64,000 bases of DNA, taken from NCBI GenBank assembly GCA_964016885.1, contig OZ024758.1:23436001-23500000 (forward strand), written 5' to 3'. The notes below the pieces were generated by a model. It was given only the letters and a program-made list of their open reading frames with translations, was not told the origin of the DNA and searched no databases. Below, piece after piece: positions 47,677 through 64,000 of this stretch. Position numbers and translations under genes: made by a program. Positions within the stretch are counted from its first letter, which is position 1, and every line of letters starts with the position of its first letter. This DNA comes from Eledone cirrhosa (lineage: Eukaryota).

Positions 47677-49377
47677 TTGTGAAAAGGTCCTCCCCCAAAA
47701 AGCAACACAGTTTTTAACAATGGATTTAGTAAAATAAAATTAGTTTCCATAGTAAGCTATTCCAAATGTGATGTAGTAAAATGTACTTCTGACTTCCAGC
47801 AAGACACTTCTTTCTTGAATTGGACATTTTTTTTTTTCAAAAGCATATTTTTTCTTTCAATAATAGAATTCCATTATTACATTTTTTTAATGTCGAAATT
47901 TATTGTGAAAAAAACTAACCCTAAGATTAATTTAATGACAAATTAACCTAATTTCTTTGTGAATGTATTAAATTAATAAATACTAATCTGGTAAAGATTA
48001 GGATAGTATTGAATGAAGTTTTGAAGTTTTAAACTACGAAGAAACTCTCAATTCTTTACTTCTGTGTAGTTTTGCATTATAAATTACTATAAATTATGTC
48101 TCATATAATTAGATACTATAAATATTTTGTTATTTGATTTCATTTAATAACATTAAGTAGATTATTTTTTGTTATCACGGTCATCTGTTCTGATGAAAAT
48201 GTCGAAGATCGTTTAAATGGGAAGGTTTTTGTAGAAGCAAGTATTAAGTATTTGATGAAACATTTTTTTTTAAAGGAGGGGAGACCGATATATATAAAAT
48301 AAATCGTGGATATTAAAGATAAATTTGTATTCTCTGATTTCTTCTAATGCAAGGCAATGGTAACTAGGTCAAACATTTGAAGGGAGGGTCAAGATTTTTA
48401 TGAAAAGATTTGAATTTTTTTTGAAGTTTTAATCGTTTCTGTCTTCCTATATTCCTCTCTTTCTTTTAATTCAAAACACGGCAGTATATTATATTATTAG
48501 ATGAGAATTCTTGTCACCAGAAATCGTTAAAGGAAGAAGAGATTTCATGAACAAAGTCTGGTAATATATAATTTGTAGATCAGGATCAGCCATGGAGATA
48601 ATAACAGAATTCATTAAATTCAAACCGTACAAAAGCAGATATAGAGAACAAAACCAAGAATTTCAAGCATATTCCTGTCAGATAACAGAAGTGTTTCACT
48701 TCTAAGCAACACATTGCAAGAAAAAAGGAAAAATAATAAAGCAATATCTGACACTTTAACTTGATTTGGCCATAAGAAATGGCCAAATCTGTCGAAGTCT
48801 TTGACCACCAAATTAACACATGAAAACGCATAGTGAGGAAAGAATCGTAAAACAACATTATATAGAAATTGTAAATAATTCCATAATTATTTTGATTAAT
48901 AAATGTTTTTTTGTTGTGTTTCTCGGGTAATTAAAAAAAAAAAAAATATTGTTTTTGGCGGTAAAGATAAAAATTAAACTATTAATTATTGTTTTTGCGT
49001 ATACTTGAAACCATTTTCGAAAAATGTATTGCGATTTAAGTGGGAAACTATTAGAAGCGTTTGAATGAGTCCCTCCATGAATGTGGGAGCCGCGGTCAGA
49101 ACTTTTAAGTCCTTTTGTGACTGAATTAACAATTTAACCATGATGATAATAATATTATTTTGAGGGGTTGGGTTGTATGTTGATTTTCAACGTTAGCTGT
49201 CTGTATGGCGGCGAGTAACACCACACCAAGAGTAGCTTTATAGTTTCTTTAAAACGACAACATAACCATCATCAGTCAAGTTTCCGGCTGATCTACACTG
49301 ATAACAGAAAATATCAAATGGACTTGTCTGCGTAAAACGTTTAACAGTCAAATGGACGAGTCTTTCTTTATCTCTCT

Positions 49378-49446
<69 letters not shown>

Positions 49447-51315
49447 TGTATATATATATATATATATATATATGGGCGTTCGACCTGTTAGAAATAGTAG
49501 TTAAATATCTCCTCCATGTCTCAAAACAAGGAAATCAGTTGAATAATATTATAGTCCTGCATATATTGTGTCTGAATATATATATATATATATATGGATG
49601 GGCGTTCGACCTGTTAGAAATAGTAGTTAAATATCTCCTCCATGTCTCAAAACAAGGAAATCAATTGAATAATATTATAGTCCTGCATATATTGTCTGAA
49701 GTTAAGATACGGGATTGAAACGCCTCTGATTATCGGCCTGCACGGGCAAGGACGGATGGCTACCTGGAGAAAAATAACGATCGTATACCTTATTTTAGCT
49801 ACTATTAACTATCATTAACCCTCAATGAGAGTTAATGATAGTTTCTGACAACATTGCTGTTAGTATGCTATCCTATCCTGTCCTGTCCGGCCATGTCATG
49901 TCGTTAAATGTAGGCTTTGTTCCCGACTAATATACCTTAGTATCCTTTAGCTGAGACAGGCCTAACTACAAGGAATGGGAGAAACAATATGTAACCAAAA
50001 AAAAAAAATGTTTCGGAAGGTTGGTGGATATCTTACTTGACTGAGACAGATTCCACCACGATTAACCATCCCATATTTATATGTTGTTGTGGAGGCTTTC
50101 TATTTGAGAAACCTGTTAAATGAACTCCCGAACAATTTGGTAACTATCTCGATACAATCCTTAGCAATGGACTAATCATTAATTTCACCGATATTGTTAA
50201 TGACACATCTTTACATTCTTCTTCTCAACAACAATTTCGAGTTTTTGAAATTTATCCGACAAAATATTCAATTTTGAACATTAAGTATACAGTGTATATA
50301 AGTTTAAAATTTGAGTTGTCTTTGGAATAGCAACCTAATGGGTTTTTAGTATGACAACCTCCAGCATCAACAATTTCGTATCATGTCATCAGCTGGGCTC
50401 CTCCTAATGAATATATATTTAATTATTGATTTAGCCATAAGTGTTTATGACAGTAACAACCATCCAGTATGTTTGTTTTGAAGTATTAAGCTGGAATGAT
50501 ACAATGGAGAAAGAAAGTTGCGATATATTTCAATATATTTGGCGTTGAGGAACAGAATGAGGAAAAAAAGAAAATAGCGAAAACGAAGTTTGTTCTTGGA
50601 GATATATATTATAAGTTTGGGGAATATATATTAGAAATTAAGGGCCGAAATATTTGCTTGAGTGGGGTTTCTTCTCTGAAGACCTCCTATTACTGTTGTC
50701 CAGCTCTCCTGAGAGTTTTCTTATCACTTATATGGTTAAGAATGTCTTTAGCCAGCACAAAGAGAGATGTTTTTAACGATGTAGTTTTCTGAGAATAGTA
50801 AAAAGAATGTTTTAACAATCGCTACTGTTGTGATATATTTCTGAATTACAAACAAACAAAGCTCCACTATTTCAGACCTTTGCCATTATTTTCACGCGTG
50901 AACTGTGTTTTGATAACAAAATCAATGCTTTGTCATAGAACTATTATGTAAACTATTTTATATAATACATAGATACGTGTGTTAATATAACATTACTATT
51001 TTGTACATATTTAATTATATATACTTCCGGAAGTACATTTTAGTTAAGCGTATATGTAGCAGTAAATTGGCCAAGTGTGGTGAGGACGGCTACACTCCTG
51101 ACATGACCAAAACCAAACAGAAAGTGGTGGAAGTCAACCAGGGAAGAGGTTCCTCCAACATGAGTGAGAAGGCCCTGGATTGTATATATATATATATATA
51201 TTTCAAAATGTGGGAATCCCAAATGCAGAAAATAACTGCCAAATCAGTCAATAGTTATAAATAATGGTTTAAAAAATCAGGTAAAATACCCCTAGAGACA
51301 GAAAAAAATGGACAG

Positions 51316-51390
51316 TGACTGCTCAGGGAGTCGAATTCCGTGTCTCTTGAACACTGTGAGAGTGTGTTGACCATTATACTAAGAAGCAAC
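51316..51390 (-). pseudogene. Decayed tRNA-like sequence between inverted repeats
   Basis: The minus strand has an A box (TAGTATAATGG), a B-box-like GAATTCGACTCC and a downstream T-run; the stems are poorly paired. Confidence 0.5.
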
Positions 51391-51929
51391 TGTTTTTTGT
51401 CTCTTGCAGTATTTTACCCAAATTTCTAAGCCAGTATTTATATTTATGACTTCGTAATTACAGCTGGCGATTTTAATGCCATATTTGGCTATACTTCTAT
51501 GCTCCTATGTTTTCTCTCATGGCACCAGCACTACTGCCTGAGAGTGTAGATTGGGTTCTCTTACTGTGGCACTAACACTATCTCATTTGTTCTGAATTAA
51601 AACTCTGTAAAGATCAACTTTGCCCTTCATTCCTCCACAGTCAATAACATTAAGTACCAGTTAAATGTTGGGGTCTGATGTAATTGACTGTTCTCTTCTC
51701 TGAAAATTGGTGGCTTTGTGCCTAAATTAGAAATTGTTCAAAGTTTTTATACCTCATGAGAAATCATTTCAGAATAAACTAATAGGTACCAAAGTAATAG
51801 ACCTGCTTTATGAAAGCACAAACTAATACAAATCACAGACCTCTGCATCAAGTAAGACGAAATTGATAGACTTCAAAGAGAGATCTCTGCTCCCTCCAAA
51901 AGCCAAAATTGCAATATGGTTTCTATTCT

Positions 51930-52652
51930 CAGTTTAAGTCTACATTACACTTACTATGCCTGAAAATATGTTGATTTTATTTTTGGAGAGTGGCTTTTAT
52001 TGTTTTGTTAAGAGGGCAAAGGACAGACTTTATCTAAGTGTTGAGAGAACTGGAGACCAGGTCAAAATGCTTGCAACACAGTAAACTCCTCTAAAGGTAC
52101 TCAAGAGGCAGCTAGCTGTGTTAGATCCAAGCAACAGGTTAAGTTTGGTCAAATGGAAACCAATATTTTAAAATAAATTTGTTGCAAATGTAATTGTTTC
52201 TACTTTAGGCACAAGGCCAGCAATTACCCAGTGCATTACTGGTACTTTATTTTATCGACCCCGTAAGGATGAAAGGCAAAGTCAACCTCGGCAGGATTGA
52301 CTTTGCCTTTCATCCTTACGGGGTCGATAAAATAAAGTACCAGTAATGCACTGGGTAATTGCTGGCCTTGTGCCTAAAGTAGAAACAATTACATTTGCAA
52401 CAAATTTATTTTAAAATATTGGTTTCCATTTGACCAAACTTAACCTGTTGCTTGGATCTAACACAGCTAGCTGCCTCTTGAGTACCTTTAGAGGAGTTTA
52501 CTGTGTTGCAAGCATTTTGACCTGGTCTCCAGTTCTCTCAACACTTAGATAAAGTCTGTCCTTTGCCCTCTTAACAAAACAATAAAAGCCACTCTCCAAA
52601 AATAAAATCAACATATTTTCAGGCATAGTAAGTGTAATGTAGACTTAAACTG
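51930..52652. repeat. Long inverted repeat with 356-bp arms and an 11-bp spacer
   Basis: 51930-52285 is the reverse complement of 52297-52652; no mismatch was seen by eye. Confidence 0.95.
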
Positions 52653-55600
52653 GCAAATGTAATGACTAGCTGATAGGAGCTTCTATATGATCACTCCATC
52701 TGTTAGAAATAACAGCTATATCTAATGTTGGTTCTCTATAATAAACACACCCAGTATTCTCTGTAAAGTGGTTGGTTATAGGAAGGGCATCCAGCTGTAG
52801 AAAACCAGTTAAAAGGACTAACTGTGTGAAAGACTTGACAACCTCCCTAGTGTTGATATCATAAAATGCACAGGAACATATGTGAGACACAGGCCCACCT
52901 TAGTGATGACCTGTTCAACCCTTGCTGAATAATGAAGATCTCTCTCAAATCTCACCCTACCATCTTAGTAAAGGATATGTTGTATAATGTAAAAAAAGAT
53001 GGGATGGTCACAGCTGGATGCATTTGATCATCAGAGTGCATCTGTGGCTTAAACAATGAGCAATTTAAATCCAAAGGATGGGATTTGTAGTAAGGAAACC
53101 AAAATGTATTCATAAAAAAAAACAACTGTAAATTACTGATATCTGGTAATTTAACCCTTTAAACCGGCCATGTTTTTCTCACCTTTCTGTTCAAACCAGC
53201 CACTCATACTGATGTTAAGGAATTGTCCGGAGTTATTAACCAGTTAATGCTTTCATTACGTTTCTTAGTCTTCCTCTACTGTAGCTTCCCCCCACACATT
53301 CATTATTTTTATGTATCACATGCCTGTACCAAGGCAGTTTTCTGATTCCAATAACAAAAATTGTATAGTATGAGCAGAGTGAGCAATAGAAATGTAAGGC
53401 AGAACAGCTAAATACATTTAGTTTTAACTTTATGCTCTATATTCCAGGTTCATTCAAGCACCACCATCACAAATAAAGTTGCATATTAGAGCCAATTCCT
53501 TGAATAACCCTTTAGCATTTAAACCGGCTGTATCCAGCCAGAATTCCCACTTCTTTGTCCAAATTGGCTTTAACTGGCCACTCATACAGATGTTAAGGCA
53601 TAATTCTCAAAATAAGTATGAAAATCTCATATATTCGATATGTGAGATAAAGCCTTTACTGTGAAAATATAATAGTATATATTGAGTAATGTAAATGTTA
53701 AACACACCTAAATATAATCAGGTTGTTCCCAATTGAAAAAATAAAAATAAAAGTCTGATATAAACTAAACTATGCCAGTGCTGTTTAACCCTTTAAACTA
53801 GCCATATCCAGCCAAAATTCTCTTACCTATTTCTGTTCAAACTGGTGTTAAGGTATTGCTCTCAAAATCTCGTAAATTTGATATTATGTGAGATAAAGCC
53901 TTTACCATGAAAATACAATAGTATATAGAGAGTAATGTAAATGCTAAAAGGGTTAAAAGTGGGCAATAAGGATCATGCTTACTAAAAAGGTATTAGATAC
54001 CCTTATTAAAATAAAACATACCTACACCTAAGTTCTTAACCTGACCTAAAATCATTCGTTGTACAATAATACAACGCAATGTTACTCCTATCAATATCAG
54101 AAAGCACATTCCTCAGTGCAGACATTTTTCTGACAAATCAAGGTATTTTTCCAGCACTAATTGTTTTAGTTGAAATATGTTACTATGAATCATATTACAG
54201 TATTTAGATATGGACCCACAACCATTAACCTGTTAACATTTAAACCGGCCAGAATTCTCTTACCTCCTCCTGTTCAAATCATCCATAACCTGCTGCTCAT
54301 ACTGATGTTAACGTTTTTGTTTTCAAAATAAATAATATCAAAATCTCAGTGAGGTAAAGCCTTTACCTCAAAAATACAATAGTATATATATAGAGTAATG
54401 TAAATGCTAAAGGGTTAACAGAGTTCTATGTTAAATGTTAAATAATTTATTAAATTTGGAAATTGGTTTGAAACAACTAACATGTCTCACATGTACAAAA
54501 AACTTCTGCAACTATAAGATTGAAAGGAGTTTTTAAAAAAAATCCAGGAGAGGATTCATTTCATTTTACGTCCGCTTTTTCCCTGCTTGCAAGGGTGGGA
54601 CAGGATCTGATTCTGGCTTGATTTCAACAGCTGGATGCCCTTCCTAACACCAACCTCATTTACAGTGAGTGCTGGGTGCTTTTTTGCAGTGGCACCTCCA
54701 CGACCAACCACATTTACAGTGTGGAACTGGGAACTTTTTACCGTGTTACCTACACGGCCACATTACAGCGTGGACTGTGTGTTTTTTGTCGTTACACCTA
54801 CACGATCTCGATCTCATTTATTTGGACTGGATGTTGTGGTACCAACTTTACAGAGAGAGGGTGGTGTTGGTGGGAGTGGGAAGATAGGGTAGGGTTAGTG
54901 GATTGGGGTGTATATTTGGTTAAGAGGTGCCTACTGACTGCAGGTTTCGCTTTGTATATAGGCAAGGCGTAGCGCCAAAGATCTCGGTCCAGTGACATTG
55001 TCTTAGAGAGGTGCAAGTGTGTAAGGTCAGAATTTATCAAATCGTCCCAGGTTTTTCTGGGTCTACCTACTCCGTAACTTTTTATCTATATATATAAAGC
55101 CAGAAACAGTTCTATATGAGCAAGACATGGTCACCTGATCCAACTTGCCTCTAATGGGACAACCTGTCTAACTCATGTTAGCATGGAAAATGGATGTTAA
55201 ACGATATGTGTGTGTGTGTGTGTGTGTGTATATACAGCTTAGCCCAAGTCATTTTTTTTTTGTTACTGTAATTACTAATGTAGAAATAACTATAACTAAT
55301 CAGGAAATATTTGGCATTCCTTCACATGATTGCTGAGAGAATAGCACCACTGCCCTCAAATTTGCTTAATTCACTCAGCCTAACAGGAATAACAGTAAGT
55401 AAAGTAAAACGTTCTGACTCAAAAACACAAAACAATAAGTGTAGCTAAACTTGAAATGATAGCATTTTAGTCATATGCAGCTGCCCAATCTAATTATTAT
55501 TTGAAAACTTTTACAATATATTTTTAAATATGTAAGGAGTCAGAAGGCAACTGAGGTGTTATCTGTAAAAAATATAAAGAGAAACCAACATTTTATCACA

Positions 55601-56713
55601 CAGGAAACTCGTTCCCCAAACACATCTTTCATTTATTTTATATTTATTTACCAGTTCATCAGCAACACTTACATAGAGCAGGTGAGAGAGACAGGACTCT
55701 GAACATCTTTGAAGAAGACAAATAGAGCACCATATCATATTGAAGGATGTTGTTTTTTTTTATCAAAATGTAATATCTGCCAACAGCAACAAACAGAAAG
55801 TAGAGTTTATATAAGAAGACTCAATGTAGAGGCAATTGTATTTTAAAAAGGCATACATTGTTGTTAGTTAATAGCAGCTTGTGAACATTGGGTTACAGAG
55901 AGTTTAGAGAGAAAAATTTAAGGAAGATTAATTTGGTGAAATTATTTAAAGAGGGCTACACCACACCTACCTAATCAATAACATTACCATAATTGTACTA
56001 TTAGAAGTATGGGGGGGGGGGGGGGGGGGGGGGGGGGGGATTTTAGTATAATCATATGTATTGACTTTGTAATTAAAGAAGTTCTGATAGGACCAATAAC
56101 TGGTTCATTAAGTTTTAAGATAGGGAATAATTGTTTCTACTTTTGGCACAAGGCCAGAAATTACCCCCAGTGCATTACTGGTACTTTATTTTATCGACCT
56201 TGTAAGAATGAAAGGCAAAGCTAACCTCGACGGGATTTGAACGCAGAACCCAAAGGGCCATAACTCTATGCTGCAAAGCATGGTGTCTGACGTTCTACCA
56301 ATACTGCCAATCCACTGCCCAGAGATAAAGAATAATATAAAAGAAACAGCCATAAAATTCAACAAATTAAAATAAGACAAAGATCTGTAGTAGCCAAGCC
56401 TACAGTAGTAGATTTTACTATTTTCCCCTTTTTTTAAAAATAGATTGCTACATCTGTGAAAATCAAATTAAATTAAATTGCAGCTTTTAAAACCCTGTTA
56501 GCATCTAATGTTCATTTCAAAGAGGGGCTGTTGGAGGTGAACTAGTGCAGTGGAATGTTAAAACTAATAATGAATTTATGTAACAGAATGAAAATACACT
56601 GAGAGTAGATATAATTCATTAGAACCAAAAGATGTATCAAAGCAATGTCTTAAGAATATTTTTAATGTAAAAATTTTTCAGTTTTGCGAGACCAGATAAA
56701 TTGGTTAGTTGAA

Positions 56714-57321
56714 CACATATATATTCGCATACATACATATATAGATATATTTTTATATATACATAAATATATATATATATATATATACACACACATACAT
56801 AAAAATATATATATACACACACACACAAATATATATATACACACATACATATATAAATATATATATACACATACATACATATATAAATATATATATACAC
56901 ATACATACATATATAAATATATATATACACATACATACATATATAAATATATATATACACATACATACATAAATATATATATATACACATACATACATAA
57001 ATATATATATACACATACATACATATAAATATATATATACACATACATACATATAAATATATATATACACATACATACATATAAATATATATATACACAT
57101 ACATACATATAAATATATATATACACATACATACATATAAATATATATGTATATACATACATATAAATAAATATATATGTATATACATATAAATAAATAT
57201 ATATGTATATACATACATATAAATAAATATATATGTATATAAATAAATATATATGTATATACATACATATAAATATATATATATATACATACATACACAC
57301 ATACATATATAAATATATATG

Positions 57322-57354
<33 letters not shown>

Positions 57355-57357
57355 ATA
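56714..57357. repeat. Compound TA/CA micro- and minisatellite
   Basis: Repeats of ACATACATACATATAAATATATATAT-like units. Confidence 0.95.
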
Positions 57358-58391
57358 TTATAATACACGACCAACCATATCTAGAGTGGGGAAAGGCAGT
57401 GTGTTAGTTAATATTACTAATATTACACAGCTTTTTCAGTGAAGACATGCTAAGATAGGCTAAAATGTCCAGGCTGCATTAAACTATTTGAGAAAACAGA
57501 ATTTATTTTGTTTTTCTTTTTGAGAATATTAGCATGCTTATTTGGCTTGATTAAGTTGAACGCTTTTGAAATTGTAAATGTTACAAATTGAACAAAAAAC
57601 ACACACAAAAAAAACAAACCAAAAAACAAACCTTAATATGAAAACAAAACAAAAGAGCAGTTTCAATTTTTTTGTCTTTCCTTTTTTTTTTTAAACTAAT
57701 GTCTTCCAGGATTTTTGTTATTTATTCTTCTTATTATTATCAATTTTTAAATAAAAATTTCTTCCTAGTTTTTTTGATGTTTTTGTTTTGTTTACCATTT
57801 AGTTTTAGTGGTAGCTCGGTAACTCCTGATGTAAGAATGGTGAAAGAAATTGAACAAATGTACAAAGACTGAGGTTCTAGAATTGGTTGGGTTGGTTTAT
57901 ACGATTGCCAACGTGTTTATGTATGTCCCCATCATTATAAGGATCATGAAGAAAAGTAGGCTGGTTGTCCTTAATACTAGAAATGGCCAGATAGTTTTGA
58001 TATGACATTGGGGAGGTAAATGTTGCAGAAGATTCAAGAGTGTATGTGTGTGCGTGTGCCATCCAAAGAAGGGTGTGCACACACGCACACATACAACACG
58101 CACACACACACATACATACACACAGAAGTCAAGCTGTAACTACTGGCAAGGCTAATGTCAGCATGCCCACCTACTTTTAAAAAAAACAGAAGGTGAATAA
58201 AGCACAGGTGAGAATGGTAATTACTAGCCAGTCAGGTAACAACTTGGATAAGCAAATGGCCATGTCTAAACTGTGCCCACAAGCTGACAGTAGTAGTATT
58301 CATAGTATGAATGTGTTTGTGTGTGAAGACAAAATAAACAGAATAAAGTTGTAAGCTTTCATTTCTTCTGTCACTCAAATTGGAAATAAAC

Positions 58392-63499
<5,108 letters not shown>

Positions 63500-64000
63500 C
63501 TAAAAAGATAAACAAATAAATTTTTCAAAAATTAAATTAAATATTCATAAATTCAAATATATATATATATATATATCATCATTATCACCGTTTTACGTCC
63601 GTTCATCCACGCTAGCATGGGTTAGACGTTAGACGGGTTGTCTTGTTGTGGGCAGTGTCCGGTCGGCTGACCTTGTCTTGCTCATACAGGAACTGATTCT
63701 GGGTTGATTTCTACAGCTGGATGCCCTTCCTAACACCAACCTTATTTACAGTGAGTGCTTGGTGCTTTTTTTCCGTGGCGCCTACACGTCCATTTTACAG
63801 TGTGGGCTGGGTGCTTTTTTGCTGTGGAAGGGTATGGGGGCATATTGTCTATATGCTTCAGCTTCGGCTTGTACCCGTCGGGGTCGGGGGGGTCTTCTGT
63901 ATTACTGCGTGACGCCAGAGGTCACGGTCGTGTGCCATCGCCTTTGAGAGGTGTAATTGGGTAAGGTCAGCTTTTATCACCTCATGCGAGAAAAACCACA

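Noticed and set aside
48495-48770. Coding-like purine-rich segment with acceptor-like sites
   Set aside because: Stops occur in all frames and no protein is recognisable.
56637-57442. Long YI/CV-rich ORFs
   Set aside because: Translations of TA/CA microsatellite; the same applies to 778-1216.

Overview
AT-rich, repeat-dense eukaryotic genomic DNA. The repeat families suggest a coleoid cephalopod, probably an octopus; this is inference from remembered families, not proven. Two housekeeping genes face each other. The first is a complete PRPF4 (U4/U6 snRNP Prp4) on the + strand: 15 coding exons, 6084-41954, 1536 nt or 511 aa, all GT-AG with consistent phases, plus a probable 5'UTR exon and ETS-type promoter near 3.5 kb. 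The second is the last four coding exons of SEC61A on the - strand (63499-58392). Introns are filled with tRNA-derived SINEs, RTE and Ingi/Vingi-like LINE 3' ends, piggyBac, mariner and pogo-type MITEs, two solo LTRs and microsatellites. Four features stand out: (1) a type I hammerhead ribozyme motif with an intact core at the tip of a ~90-bp foldback, in sense orientation in a PRPF4 intron (17679-17751); (2) a 356-bp-arm palindrome that folds back inside a SINE and is bracketed by the SINE's apparent TSD (51930-52663), plus several other foldbacks; (3) a 100-copy 128-bp satellite (12.8 kb) amplified from the interior of one SINE copy, with higher-order block duplications; (4) a twin-priming-type inverted RTE insertion. 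All coordinates were read by eye and no searches were run.
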